DNA from: a virus
Direction: 5' to 3' (one strand)
Length of the DNA: 64,000 bases
IMG/VR virus record: IMGVR_UViG_3300044712_000991
Span: 32,001 to 96,000 of that record
Each line of letters opens with the position of its first letter. The first letter of the stretch is position 1. A model generated the notes under the pieces. It was not told the DNA's origin, did no database searches, and saw only the letters and a program-made list of their open reading frames with translations. Positions 10,056 to 20,640 of this stretch are shown here, piece after piece. The translations under genes and the position numbers were made by a program.

Positions 10056-10456
10056 GCATCCTCAGAAAATAGGGTTGCGGAGGAACTGATGCGACCCCGA
10101 AGGGCCTGTTCCTCGCTGTCTGTCATTGGAGTAACCACATGTGGGCTGTTCTTCTTCAACAGCCTCATGTAGAGTTGATGCACATCAGGATTAACAACAC
10201 ACAGAAAATTCACATGGGTCTTGCCACACAGAAAATCGGGTGAAAACACCCAGTCAACGAAGTCCTTGTACTCCGCGTTGCTCAGATGGAGCTTGTTCAT
10301 AAACCGCTTGATGTGGGTACTATAGATGGCCCAGTCACGCGATACGTACACCATATGTACACCCGATATCTCCTCCAATTTCCGCATATAGTGCGCTGCG
10401 AAGTCCTTGGAGTTCCACTTTTCAACTGGTTCGCGGGTCATGATTACGACCGCCAT
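10052..10456 (-). CDS. Hypothetical protein between the two helicases
   Basis: 135 aa ORF coupled to dnaB; no recognised motif. Confidence 0.7.
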   Translation of the reverse strand: MAVVIMTREPVEKWNSKDFAAHYMRKLEEISGVHMVYVSRDWAIYSTHIKRFMNKLHLSNAEYKDFVDWVFSPDFLCGKTHVNFLCVVNPDVHQLYMRLLKKNSPHVVTPMTDSEEQALRGRISSSATLFSEDA

Positions 10457-10463
10457 ACAATCC

Positions 10464-11972
10464 TCACTTGAATGATTTCCGCACATCCTCCAACGTCCAC
10501 TTACCCACGTTTATTTCATGAATATCAAATCGAGGCTCACTCCGGTACTGCTTCTCCCGGAACTTGCTGTGAGACATAAGATACATCTCTTTGTGACCAA
10601 AGTCAATTAGCCCCCCGTAGGTCTTCTTCGGATCATCGGGGTTGGGCGTGATAGACCGAAGCCTCTGGAAGGTGTCCACGGGGCTCATGCCACCCGCCGC
10701 GTTGATAACAAAGTGAAGCCCCGCGATATCCACCCCCTCGTCCCACAGGGTAGAAATAACACACTTCACCCTCCCGGCATTCAGCGCGGCCTTCACCTGA
10801 TTTCTTTCCTCCAGAGAGGCCTCACCGTACAGCCGTATAGCGTGTGTGCGCTTGATGTACTTCGCAATCTCATTCCCGTGGGTCTTCTTATCGACCACGA
10901 TGAGCACGGTCATCCCCTGGAGATTCAGTTTCTCCGCGATACGGGCTATCAGGGTGTTCCTGAACTCGTTCTGGGATATAGCCTCCCGATAGATGGTCTG
11001 ATAGGAGGCCGCTGAGTACTTCACACGGGGGAGTTTGTAGATGTAAATCTTGGGAGGCAGAAGCCATCCCTGCTCAATCAGAAAACTGTAGGACACCCCG
11101 TAGATGATCTCCCCGAGTTCGGCCTCAATCTGCATATCCTCAGGACGACCATAGTTGGGGGTCGCGCTCAGACCGAACATGACCTGGGCGTGTCTGAATT
11201 TTCGAAAAACCGTGGATGCTATGGACGACTGTGCGTGGTGACACTCATCGTAGATGACTGTCTGCACAGTATCGACATACCTCTGAAGTTCCGCACGTTG
11301 GGCGTTCGTGACCTCATTGTCGCTACCGATCTTCTTGTACGCGTTGCCCTGCGACTCCCGCTTGGCCTTCCGGCGGTTCTTGTACTCAATCTCGTACGCA
11401 GAGACCGCAGACTGCACGGTCATGATGGTCACATCCCCGAGATCGAACTCTCCATCACCCACGAGCCCAATGTGCGCCCCTGGGATGAACTTCTCGAAGA
11501 CCTTGCGTGTCTGACTCGCGATGTCGATACTGTTGCACATGAACACCGCAGGAAACAAACGCGACTGATCGAGGAAAGCACACGCAATCATCGTCTTGCC
11601 ACTTCGCGGAGGAGACTGCACAATACCCCGTAGACGTTGGAACATCGTGCTCACACCTTCTTCTTGGTGTGGGCGAAGTTCGTACGCACCACGCTGCTCC
11701 CTGCGCTCAATCTCGGGAAACCCCAGAAACCGCAGTTCCTGTCCGTGACTCTCAAGAAATCGGATGACCTTTGAGGTCAGTCCCGACTTGAAACTGCGGG
11801 TCTTCATGGAATAGAAGTGCTGTTTACCATCCCATTCATTGGAGGCCACCCTAGGACTAAAAAACGCACCCGATGCCTCGTACGAAAGGTGTTCTTCAAG
11901 TGCGATTTCCAGCTCGCTAGGTATGTCACCCAACAAGTGTGTCCGGAGAGGGGAATATCGGATAGTGATCAT
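10464..11972 (-). CDS. Superfamily 2 helicase, UvsW/XPB-like
   Basis: LRPHQ, SPPRSGKT, DECHH, GLSAT, STLWDEGVDI, QRLRS. Confidence 0.9.
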   Translation of the reverse strand: MITIRYSPLRTHLLGDIPSELEIALEEHLSYEASGAFFSPRVASNEWDGKQHFYSMKTRSFKSGLTSKVIRFLESHGQELRFLGFPEIERREQRGAYELRPHQEEGVSTMFQRLRGIVQSPPRSGKTMIACAFLDQSRLFPAVFMCNSIDIASQTRKVFEKFIPGAHIGLVGDGEFDLGDVTIMTVQSAVSAYEIEYKNRRKAKRESQGNAYKKIGSDNEVTNAQRAELQRYVDTVQTVIYDECHHAQSSIASTVFRKFRHAQVMFGLSATPNYGRPEDMQIEAELGEIIYGVSYSFLIEQGWLLPPKIYIYKLPRVKYSAASYQTIYREAISQNEFRNTLIARIAEKLNLQGMTVLIVVDKKTHGNEIAKYIKRTHAIRLYGEASLEERNQVKAALNAGRVKCVISTLWDEGVDIAGLHFVINAAGGMSPVDTFQRLRSITPNPDDPKKTYGGLIDFGHKEMYLMSHSKFREKQYRSEPRFDIHEINVGKWTLEDVRKSFK

Positions 11973-12274
11973 GGGGGAGGAAGTATGAACCACCCTTTCG
12001 ACCGCAGCGCCTGGATGATGGCATCCGCGTGAAAATCTTGTGTGTCAAGGTCCTGCACCAAGGTCGTGTCCAACGAGGGGGTCATCAACCCGAGGATAGT
12101 CTGCGAAAACACCTCGTAGTCCGTGGCAGTCAAAGGACTCACAGGTACGACGACCATCCCTGCGGTCTCTATGTGCTGTAGAACAACCTCGATGGATGCA
12201 CGAAGAGAGGCATCAACCGTCGCCTCTCCCGTAGTCCCGAAGGTGCTCAGTATGGCTGTCGCCACATCGCTCAT
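11969..12274 (-). CDS. Hypothetical protein
   Basis: Overlaps the neighbouring stop and start codons on both sides. Confidence 0.65.
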   Translation of the reverse strand: MSDVATAILSTFGTTGEATVDASLRASIEVVLQHIETAGMVVVPVSPLTATDYEVFSQTILGLMTPSLDTTLVQDLDTQDFHADAIIQALRSKGWFILPPP

Positions 12275-12960
12275 CGCCGTTTCCACCCTATAGTGTGTCG
12301 CATGTCGGTTTTCAACACGACCCCCGTGTATTTGAGTTCCAAATCAACGGATGTAATATAGGCATCTCCCGTGAAAAAATCAAGTAGGGTCGAGAGGATA
12401 GTGTACGCGCTCTTCGCCCCCTCAAAGTGCTTCAGCAGTTCCATGCGTTCTTCATCGGTAAACGCAGGTTTCACAGGCTGAACGACTTTCTCGATATTGA
12501 ACAGAATGTCCTCAAAATACAGTTTTTCTTCCGTACCGAGCACGACCGTGAGATTCCCCAACACAAGAAGAACCTCCTGGACTACCACAGGCATGGACAG
12601 CCACATCATGCTCTTGACCCGCTTGCGACTGTATGTGCTCTGGAGCCCCGCCGTGAAGGTCGTAACAGCGTCCGTGAAGTCCACGATGGACAACCTCTCC
12701 TGCGGAAGATCAAACTCACACCCAACCTCTACCACGCCCACCTTGAACTCCTGCGCTATCTGCTGTGCAACCGATGCAAGCACGGAGGAAGATATGGTGG
12801 TGTTCGCTAACGTAAGAATAGGTCGCATGAGCATCTCGGGAGCAATATATCCCGAAGTACCTACGGAGAACTTGCCTGTGACCGCCCGATGACCCTTGCC
12901 CTTCCGTGCGAGAAGCACGGGAACGAGCAGGTTATCGAACCGTGATGCGTAATTTGCCAT
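12271..12960 (-). CDS. Hypothetical protein
   Basis: 229 aa ORF in operon context; no motif recognised. Confidence 0.7.
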   Translation of the reverse strand: MANYASRFDNLLVPVLLARKGKGHRAVTGKFSVGTSGYIAPEMLMRPILTLANTTISSSVLASVAQQIAQEFKVGVVEVGCEFDLPQERLSIVDFTDAVTTFTAGLQSTYSRKRVKSMMWLSMPVVVQEVLLVLGNLTVVLGTEEKLYFEDILFNIEKVVQPVKPAFTDEERMELLKHFEGAKSAYTILSTLLDFFTGDAYITSVDLELKYTGVVLKTDMRHTIGWKRR

Positions 12961-13001
12961 ACAGCGCTCTTTGGGTTACTCCACGAGGAAACGAAAGACC
13001 A

Positions 13002-15548
13002 TCAATCACACTTGGTATTCTCCTGCCCACAGGTTTCACACAGGTAGACCTCACACCCCGCACGGGTGATAACATCCACCTTGGGGCTCCCGCAGTTTGG
13101 GCACTTCCTGCTGATCCTGCTCTTGGTCTGCGCCTTGACGTACTTCTTGAGCACCCGCGCAATGGCCTTGCTGAAGTCCACGATGCTGTCGCCCGACTTC
13201 TGAAGTTGATCCACGATGAACGCGATGTCCGCGCCATGCCGGAGATTGGTGGATATCATACGGGTCATCGCCGCCTGCTCATCGTTCTCAAACACCTCTT
13301 GGATGTTCATGCGGGTACCGTTGGTCTCAAGCATGTACTTGTTGCTCGCGACCTTCACGATGCTCCCACTCGTGTACGAGTCGTCCAGTTCCACCTTGGT
13401 CTGCTTCCCGGCGAACACCTCGTACGGCTGATCGTGAAGCATCCCCACCATGACCACCCACACCTTGCCCTTGACCGTCGTGTGGTGGATGTCGCACCGG
13501 AGGACATCGGGTCGTTTCGGGGCATCGTGACGAACAATCTTCTGTGGCCGGATAGATGAGGCGGGGTTGGAGGTGCCATCGAGGGTCTCCAGAATCTGCT
13601 GTTTCGATCCATCGACGTAGACCGTAGTGCTCTTGATGTGCCCGAGTTCGTACGCATATTCGTACGCCCTCTTGACATCCGCCACCGTGGCCGAGCGGGG
13701 GAGATTGATGGTCTTGCTCACGCTACTATCGATGTACTCTGCGAACACATCCTGCATCAGGAGGTGATCCTTCCAAGAGATGTCGTGCGACCACTCGAAG
13801 TAGTCGGGGGTGTTCTTCTCCCCATGCTTCTCCACATACTCGATATAGTCAAAACAACCGTCTCGGTACGATCCAACACGGGAGTTGCGGGTGAACATAC
13901 CCGCGAAATGTGGCTCACAACTCGCGGATGTGCCCCAAATGGTGCCCGTGGTGCCGAAGGGCGGGATGGTGTTGACCGTCACATTGCGAACGCCGTAGAC
14001 CTTGATGTCCTGCTGAATATCCTCCGGCAACGACTTGAAGAACTCGCTCTTGGAGTACCCCTCAAAGTCAAACGCCGGAAACGCCCCATCGGTCTTAGCG
14101 AGTTCGATGGATGCCCTATAGGACTCGTCCCGCAGAAACTTCACCCACTGCCTCACCCACGCCCTGCCCTCAGGACTTGAGTACTTGAGTTTGTTGCGGA
14201 TGAGCGCATCGTGCCACCCCGTGACACCCAACCCGATACGGCGCTCGTTCAACACGCTCGCATCGATCTCGGGGATGCCCGTGCGGGTCACATCCGTTAC
14301 GAGGTTCAGCATGTACACCCCGTACTGTATGGCCTCCCTGAACAGGTCTTCGTTGACCGTACCATCTTCGTTCAAGCAGTAGTAGATGTTCACACCCCCC
14401 AGACAGCACACTCCGTTCTTCGGTAGAGGTTGCTCCCCACAGGGGTTGGTGCTCACAATGGGATTGAAGTACTCCCCATTGTGGTACTTCCGGATACGAT
14501 CGATGAAGATGATACCTGGGCACCCATCATCGTGCGCATTCTTGGCAATACGGTGCCACAACTGCGCGACCGTGAGATTGTAGTTAGCCTTCACGAGTTT
14601 GAAATCGGGGGGCTTGTTGTTGAACGGGAGTTGCGACAGGACTTTACCCTCGGCCATCGCCTCATCCACAGCAGTGACCTCCCAGTCCCTACCGTACGCC
14701 TTGTACTTCCAGACCTTCCAGGGGGTGCCCTGCCAGTTGAACTCCCACTCCGTGTCCGGAGCATCCTTGAGAAGCCCCATGAACTTATCGGAGAGCCCTA
14801 CGGAGACGTTGAAGTACTGCCACTCATAGGCGTTACCCCACTCAAACAGCTTGTACCCCTCCTGGTCGTAGATATTCGCGAACTGCTTGAACTGTTGAAT
14901 CCAGTTGTGATCTGTTTTCCAGTTGATGAAGTCGAGGAGATCGGGATGCCAGTCATCGAGTTTGCCCATGTTGGCTCCCGACCGATTGCCCCCCTGCTGT
15001 ACGAGGGATGCTTGCTGGGATATGAGACTGATCCACCCGATGGCACCACACGAACGGCTCTGATTACCGGCCACCCATGACCACCGTGGTCTCCACACCG
15101 AGGCATCAATGCCCGTGCCTCCTCCACCACTCTGGATAAGGAGGTGTTGATGCATGAGAGCCGAAATCTCCTCCCGGGTGTCACCACTACCGAGAACAAA
15201 GCAGTTGTTGAGATTCTGTACCCGTGTACCTGCCTGTGCGAGAATTCGCCCCCCACCCATCAACCGCCTGTCAAGCATGTTGCGTAACAAATCCATTGCC
15301 CTACGCATGGGTGCAGTAACCCCATTCGGCGTAGCTATCGGATGCGCAATGACCCATCCAATCTCCTCGGAGCGCTCTATCGTAAACCGATATCCCGTCA
15401 GGTATGCCACAACCCGCACGAATACTTCGGAAATGTCGGTCTCCACGGGTTCTCCCGTGGGACCTTTGAGATAGTAGCGATCTTGTGCGATTTCCGCATG
15501 AACTGGGTGGCGGAAAAACCAATGCTTATACGGGGTGACCTCGGACAT
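13002..15548 (-). CDS. nrdJ: Adenosylcobalamin-dependent (class II) ribonucleotide reductase with C-terminal TSCPD-like and zinc-ribbon domains
   Basis: GGGRILA, NNCFV, GGGTG, HPDLLDFI, TNPCGEQPL, RRIGLGVTG, TIPPFGT, SVSKTINLP, STTVYVDGS; C-terminal CPNC...CETC. Confidence 0.95.
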   Translation of the reverse strand: MSEVTPYKHWFFRHPVHAEIAQDRYYLKGPTGEPVETDISEVFVRVVAYLTGYRFTIERSEEIGWVIAHPIATPNGVTAPMRRAMDLLRNMLDRRLMGGGRILAQAGTRVQNLNNCFVLGSGDTREEISALMHQHLLIQSGGGGTGIDASVWRPRWSWVAGNQSRSCGAIGWISLISQQASLVQQGGNRSGANMGKLDDWHPDLLDFINWKTDHNWIQQFKQFANIYDQEGYKLFEWGNAYEWQYFNVSVGLSDKFMGLLKDAPDTEWEFNWQGTPWKVWKYKAYGRDWEVTAVDEAMAEGKVLSQLPFNNKPPDFKLVKANYNLTVAQLWHRIAKNAHDDGCPGIIFIDRIRKYHNGEYFNPIVSTNPCGEQPLPKNGVCCLGGVNIYYCLNEDGTVNEDLFREAIQYGVYMLNLVTDVTRTGIPEIDASVLNERRIGLGVTGWHDALIRNKLKYSSPEGRAWVRQWVKFLRDESYRASIELAKTDGAFPAFDFEGYSKSEFFKSLPEDIQQDIKVYGVRNVTVNTIPPFGTTGTIWGTSASCEPHFAGMFTRNSRVGSYRDGCFDYIEYVEKHGEKNTPDYFEWSHDISWKDHLLMQDVFAEYIDSSVSKTINLPRSATVADVKRAYEYAYELGHIKSTTVYVDGSKQQILETLDGTSNPASSIRPQKIVRHDAPKRPDVLRCDIHHTTVKGKVWVVMVGMLHDQPYEVFAGKQTKVELDDSYTSGSIVKVASNKYMLETNGTRMNIQEVFENDEQAAMTRMISTNLRHGADIAFIVDQLQKSGDSIVDFSKAIARVLKKYVKAQTKSRISRKCPNCGSPKVDVITRAGCEVYLCETCGQENTKCD

Positions 15549-15585
15549 ACGTAGAATTCCTTAGGAATGGACGCTGAATAGGACT

Positions 15586-15614
15586 AATATACACATATCG
15601 CAGGATAAAAGCAA
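15586..15614 (-). promoter_or_regulatory. sigma70-type promoter TTGCTT-N17-TATATT upstream of nrdJ
   Basis: Minus strand TTGCTT ttatcctgcgatatgtg TATATT in the sigma-nrdJ intergenic gap; same -35, -10 and TGTG as the promoter at 36550. Confidence 0.72.
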
Positions 15615-15621
15615 CTCACCA

Positions 15622-16323
15622 TCAGAAGTATCTACCGAGTTTCCCTTCCTTAGCGAGTTCCCGAAGATGTAGGAGAGCCTTGTCACGAATCTGCCGCACA
15701 CGCACGAACTTGATGTGTAGTTGCTGCCCTATGGACTCCAGAGTCTGGTTCTCTGAGTTGTTTTCACTGAGAGTGTAGTACAGGCGTAGGATGGCCGCCT
15801 CACGAGGTTCGAGATGGGACAGCAAAAACTCCTGGATATCGGCTGCCGCCACAGTATCTACCTCATGCGTGTCAGTACACATGTACGCCTTCGCATCCTC
15901 AACATCGATCTTTCGCCTACTGGAGGTGTCCACAGTCTCATCCGTGGACAACGCGGCCATCTTCTTGTCGTACAGGTTATTGACCGCCAATGAGTGCCTG
16001 ATGTAGAACCGTATCCAATGAACGACGTAGGAAAACAACTTTATCTCGGGGAATCGTACGGTGTCAAACTTCTGTACGCCCACCATGAGCCCCGTGTTGC
16101 CCTCCTGAATGATGTCCATGATGTCCATTGTCGGGGGGATGCTGTACTCCTTGAGGATGAACACCACGAAGCGCATGTTAGACATCACTAGCCTATCTAA
16201 CGCTCGTAGATCGCGAGTTTCCCTGTAGCGCATAAGTAGCGCTTTCTCTTCTTCGCGATTGGTGATGGGATTGTACTGCGGTTTGCCTAGTTCTTGCTTG
16301 TACGTCTCAAATTGCGAGAGCAT
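15622..16323 (-). CDS. sigma70-family RNA polymerase sigma factor
   Basis: Region 2 LVMSNMRFVV...DIIQEGNTGLM...KFD...FSYVVHWIR; region 4 REAAILRLYY...TLESIG...RVRQI. Confidence 0.92.
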   Translation of the reverse strand: MLSQFETYKQELGKPQYNPITNREEEKALLMRYRETRDLRALDRLVMSNMRFVVFILKEYSIPPTMDIMDIIQEGNTGLMVGVQKFDTVRFPEIKLFSYVVHWIRFYIRHSLAVNNLYDKKMAALSTDETVDTSSRRKIDVEDAKAYMCTDTHEVDTVAAADIQEFLLSHLEPREAAILRLYYTLSENNSENQTLESIGQQLHIKFVRVRQIRDKALLHLRELAKEGKLGRYF

Positions 16324-16328
16324 AAGTG

Positions 16329-17177
16329 CTACCTCCGAATGTCAACGCTACAGCGCCCCATAGAGAGGAACCTGTTGACTTTCCACTTCACATCGCACGC
16401 ATTGCACTCCCCGAACACAGCGCATGGGCGATACTCACTCGTGAGTTGAAGGTCGGGGTCTACAATGGATGCCACGGGGTTCTCCGCACAGTACAGATCG
16501 CGGTGACAACGGTAGATGAGCCCCTCGGGTCCTATGAGAAGTTCGGTGGTCTTGCATGTTACAGACTCCAGTTTCCCACTCAGAGCCTCGGGATACTTGT
16601 AGAACCCAAACAACTGACCCTCATGGGTGCCCAAGAAGTCCTTAATGAAGAAGTACACCTGGGCTTTGCGTGCGAGTTCACTCATCTCGATATTGGCGGA
16701 CATGTTCAGCGGGTGACTGATACCGAAGACACCGATGCTGAACCCCGCATCCTGCAAAATCTGGACTTTCCTGATGGTCGCCTGTGCATCCATCTCCGTA
16801 GGATGATAACTCACACGAATGGCCTTGTATGCTGGGTGCACCATCGAACTGAACCTCGCGGGGGACACCCTGCGAATGAAGGTCTCCGTATCGAACTGGC
16901 AGTTGGTCAGCAAATCGACTCCTATCGAGGGATCAAGGAGATCGAGGAGGTCGTAGAAGTCCTTGCGTACTGTGGGCTCACCCCCACCGATGGTCAACGG
17001 GACGGTACCGAAATCTATACGGTTCAGTCCCTCCGCCAAACGTGCTGCGGGCATCTCCCGCCTCCCCCTGCGGAGAGCCCCGAAGTCATTCATGCAGTAC
17101 TCACATGTGAGATTGCACCGGAGCGATGCGTAGAGCTCCGCGTAGTTAACATCGGGTGGTAGGGTTAGTTTACCCAT
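16329..17177 (-). CDS. Radical SAM enzyme with Cys-rich C-terminal (twitch-like) extension
   Basis: CNLTCEYC CX3CX2C motif, IGGGEPT, C-terminal C...C...CAVFGECNAC; start MGKLTL at 17177. Confidence 0.9.
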   Translation of the reverse strand: MGKLTLPPDVNYAELYASLRCNLTCEYCMNDFGALRRGRREMPAARLAEGLNRIDFGTVPLTIGGGEPTVRKDFYDLLDLLDPSIGVDLLTNCQFDTETFIRRVSPARFSSMVHPAYKAIRVSYHPTEMDAQATIRKVQILQDAGFSIGVFGISHPLNMSANIEMSELARKAQVYFFIKDFLGTHEGQLFGFYKYPEALSGKLESVTCKTTELLIGPEGLIYRCHRDLYCAENPVASIVDPDLQLTSEYRPCAVFGECNACDVKWKVNRFLSMGRCSVDIRR

Positions 17178-18909
17178 GAAGGTACTCCCGTATTTCTTGA
17201 ATCTGCTGTTCGGAGAACTCGGGAGATGCGTACTCCAAGGACTTGCCGAACACGAGTTTGGGGACAATCTTTTGCCCCTTGCCTATACCCACGGAGGTCA
17301 CGCACGCCCCCGACTCTCCAAGTGCACGGTCCACACCACCACGGATATCCGACCGCGACACAATACAATGTACGGCGATGCCGTACGCCTTAGCGACTAG
17401 CAGTTCGTCTCCGAACGGACCATCCACCGCCACGTGATGCCCCGCAAGCCACGTATCCTGTGTTTGCCGAATCATCCCGTAGCCAGCATTGTTCAGAACG
17501 AAGACCTTGATGTTGGTCTTCGCTAGAAGTGCTAGTTCTTGAATATTCATCTGAAAACTACCATCCCCGATAATGCAGATTACCTGCTTATCGGGATTGG
17601 CGTAGTAGGCACCGATGCTCGCCGGAAGAGCGTACCCCATGGGGCTGTTATTGAACGCGGTGAACAACCGCTGTCCCACTGTGACTCGCCAGCCCTGCAT
17701 CGTCCACACGACTGTACACCCCGCATCCGTCACTATCACCGCATCTCTCTTAGCAGCATCCGAAAGGAACTGCATGAACACATACGGATTGACATCCGTC
17801 TCGTGATGATAGTCCTTTGGGCAAATGGGAAGAAGGGAACGCAGTTGTCTCGCCTTGGTTGCCCACGCCGAGAAGTCGCAAACGGTGTCCTTCATGTACA
17901 CCACAAACATGTGGATGGGCGCACGAACAGTGATATCCACATGGTCGGCAATACGCTCCAACTCCGCTTCATCGATATCCACAACGACCTTCTTGGCCTT
18001 CGTAGCAAACGTCGAGAGTTTTGCCCCCACCTCGTGTGTATCTAGGCGTGTGCCAAGACAGATAAGGAGGTCTGCCTCTTGGATAACAAAGTTGGTGGCT
18101 CTCTGTGCGGTGACTCCGAAGTCTCGGAGGTTCAACGGATCAGCATCATCCATGATGTCCAGGGCACCCCATGTGAGTGCCACGGGCATATTCCACTTGC
18201 GTGCAAGCTCGATTACCTCCTGCTCACTGTTGGACAACCTTGCCCCCGCACCCACCACGAGCACCGGCCGCTTCGCCTCACTCAATAGTTCCTGGACTTT
18301 GGCGATTTTTTCGCCCACCGCATCCTCCGACAACTCGGACATCAAGATGCTCATATGATCTGGCTGGAATATTACATCCTCCATCTCCTGCCTCTGAACA
18401 TCATCACAGATGTCGATAAGGACTGGACCTCTGCGACCACTCCAAAGTTCCGTAAGAGCCGCTTCGAACGTTGGTACAACCTCCTCCACTCGCGATATAC
18501 GCCACGCACGCTTCACAACGGGTGTGAAGATACTCACCACATCCGTCTCCTGGAACCCAACCTGCCGCACGCTGTTGTATCGCAGTTGCTCCGCAGGCAC
18601 CTGCCCGGAGATGATGAGTACTGGAATGGAATCAAACCACGAACAGGCAGTACCCGTAAGGAGATTGGTCGCCCCAGGACCCGAGGTCACTACGACCACC
18701 CCGCACTTGTGCTCCGCTATGTTCAACCGAGCATACGCATCGGCCATCATGGCCGCGCCCTGCTCATGATTGGGTGTTACGAGAGCAAGCCCCTCGGTCT
18801 TAGCGATAGAGTCGAAGATGTTCGTGATGGCACCCCCGGTGATACCAAACACGGTGTCCGTCCATTTCTGGAGGTTACGGGCAATACAGTCGCTGACCTT
18901 TACTTTCAT
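17170..18909 (-). CDS. ThDP-dependent enzyme, acetolactate synthase-like (YerE-like carboligase candidate)
   Basis: HEQGAAMMADAY, TSGPGATN, GQV, GFQE, GTRLD, ThDP-binding GDGSFQMNIQEL...VLNNAGYGMI. Confidence 0.93.
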   Translation of the reverse strand: MKVKVSDCIARNLQKWTDTVFGITGGAITNIFDSIAKTEGLALVTPNHEQGAAMMADAYARLNIAEHKCGVVVVTSGPGATNLLTGTACSWFDSIPVLIISGQVPAEQLRYNSVRQVGFQETDVVSIFTPVVKRAWRISRVEEVVPTFEAALTELWSGRRGPVLIDICDDVQRQEMEDVIFQPDHMSILMSELSEDAVGEKIAKVQELLSEAKRPVLVVGAGARLSNSEQEVIELARKWNMPVALTWGALDIMDDADPLNLRDFGVTAQRATNFVIQEADLLICLGTRLDTHEVGAKLSTFATKAKKVVVDIDEAELERIADHVDITVRAPIHMFVVYMKDTVCDFSAWATKARQLRSLLPICPKDYHHETDVNPYVFMQFLSDAAKRDAVIVTDAGCTVVWTMQGWRVTVGQRLFTAFNNSPMGYALPASIGAYYANPDKQVICIIGDGSFQMNIQELALLAKTNIKVFVLNNAGYGMIRQTQDTWLAGHHVAVDGPFGDELLVAKAYGIAVHCIVSRSDIRGGVDRALGESGACVTSVGIGKGQKIVPKLVFGKSLEYASPEFSEQQIQEIREYLHG

Positions 18910-18919
18910 ACTTCCCCTG

Positions 18920-19537
18920 TCAAAGTGCGTTGATGATAGCCACTGTAGCCGGAGTGACCTCAAAGAACACTACCGCCGATCCACCGACATGCAGGATGTC
19001 CATTTGCTTACTCAGCCCGTCGATAAATACATCCACTCCTGGATTGGAGTTAAGGTAGTCATGGTAGGCTATGATCTTCGCACCCAACTTCACCGCGAGT
19101 TTTGTGTCGATCTTGACGTTCTCAGCGTCATGATTACCATCAATGAACACCATGTCGTACACCTCGTTACCGCGAGGCACATACTCAGAGGTATCTGCCT
19201 TCTCTAGCACGATGGGCGTGATGCCCACAAAGTACTTCCCATACCTATCGAGATTGGAATGATATCCGGCCCCTCCACCAACAAAGTCCTGGCAGATGTC
19301 TATGGACTTCTGTCTGTGCAGGTCGGAGTTCAACCAGAAACACAGTGATCCGTAACCCTCCCACGTACCTATCTCACACAGGGAGTGCACATTGTGGTTG
19401 TGGATAATCCACAGGATGGCCGCATAGTCGTTCACGATGTTCGGAAAATGCGGACCGTAGGTGTTCACAAAGCGGGTCAAAAAGTGCACGACCTGCATGC
19501 GTTCAGATTCATAACAGGGAGCTACTGGGCGTATCAT
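18920..19537 (-). CDS. Class I SAM-dependent methyltransferase (Methyltransf_24-like)
   Basis: CEIGTWEG, YDMVFIDGNHD, IIAYHDY. Confidence 0.88.
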   Translation of the reverse strand: MIRPVAPCYESERMQVVHFLTRFVNTYGPHFPNIVNDYAAILWIIHNHNVHSLCEIGTWEGYGSLCFWLNSDLHRQKSIDICQDFVGGGAGYHSNLDRYGKYFVGITPIVLEKADTSEYVPRGNEVYDMVFIDGNHDAENVKIDTKLAVKLGAKIIAYHDYLNSNPGVDVFIDGLSKQMDILHVGGSAVVFFEVTPATVAIINAL

Positions 19538-20640
19538 ATGAAGTTCACTCCCTTCGGCTTGTTCTTGTATGTGTAGGCGAACTCGTTACATTTGTCCTGC
19601 CGACAACAGCCGTGACACATGGTGTGCACATCGAACTCCTTGTCCATGAAGCGCACGATGTCCCAGTAGCGGTCGCTCGACCACATCTCTTCCAGGCTCT
19701 GCTCGTGGAGGTTACCAAAACGGAAGTCCTTCCACTGGGGCTTGCCGCCGAACATGTACCCACAAGGGTACCAGTCACCATTGCCACTCACTTCGGAGAT
19801 GAACGGTATGGAGGAGCAGTTCTCGTACGGCTTCTCCCCCTTCTGCTGAATAAGCGTCCACTTGGGGATGATCTGTGTCTGCTTGGTGCTCAGCGCCTCC
19901 ACCCGTTTGAGCAAATCCACTATCTCCGGCCGGTCGTAGTCGCTCATCTCGAAGTGCACCATCCCACTCTCCCCACCATCGGGCAGAGAACACTGTTTGA
20001 TGACATGGTAGTCCACTCCGACCTCGACCGCGAACTTCGCGAGCGCTTCCAGCTCGTTCGGCATGTCACCCGATGGTACGAACACCGTCTGCAACCCGAT
20101 GTCACAGGTCAGACCGTGCTTGTGCTTGTACTCGACCATCCTACGGATGTTGTCCAAGACCATATTCCGCGCCTTCTCGGACACCCGATGAATGGAGGCG
20201 TATCCCTCGACCGTGAAGGCCGAGATGTTGAAGCGCATCCACTCACAGCTCTCTAGCACGGTCGCAATCCGCTCGTCGGTGTTCAGCAGAATGCCCGAGG
20301 TGGAGATGCTCAGACTCAGCCCTTCCTTCTTACCCACTTGAAGAGCCTCATACAACGCAGGGTTCAGCGTGGGGTCGCCATCTCCGATGAACGCAAGACT
20401 CCTAAGACCTATCCGAGCGCCGGAGCGTACGAGATTCTCCACGAGCGCATCGCGGGACATCACCTCGCCCGTCATGTTCTGGAAAAATCCGTAGCAATAA
20501 ATACAACGCTCGTTGCACTTCTTGGTCAGCCCCGCATCGATATGCACGGGCGGCACGCGTTCCCCCCTGTCCAACCATGCCATGACCCTATCCATGTGCC
20601 ACAGCATCTTGGTATCATCCATCCGCCGTTCTTTATCCAT
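19534..20640 (-). CDS. Radical SAM enzyme with SPASM/twitch domain
   Basis: CNERCIYC, GDGDPTLNP, C-terminal CSS...GDWYPCG...FGNLHEQSLEEMW...CHGCC...C. Confidence 0.92.
   Translation of the reverse strand: MDKERRMDDTKMLWHMDRVMAWLDRGERVPPVHIDAGLTKKCNERCIYCYGFFQNMTGEVMSRDALVENLVRSGARIGLRSLAFIGDGDPTLNPALYEALQVGKKEGLSLSISTSGILLNTDERIATVLESCEWMRFNISAFTVEGYASIHRVSEKARNMVLDNIRRMVEYKHKHGLTCDIGLQTVFVPSGDMPNELEALAKFAVEVGVDYHVIKQCSLPDGGESGMVHFEMSDYDRPEIVDLLKRVEALSTKQTQIIPKWTLIQQKGEKPYENCSSIPFISEVSGNGDWYPCGYMFGGKPQWKDFRFGNLHEQSLEEMWSSDRYWDIVRFMDKEFDVHTMCHGCCRQDKCNEFAYTYKNKPKGVNFI

Noticed and set aside
7448-20640. RiPP system (C39 peptidase plus SPASM radical SAM plus methyltransferase/GT)
   Set aside because: The peptidase is about 8 kb or more from the radical SAM genes, there is no precursor peptide, RRE or exporter, and the neighbours point to sugar chemistry
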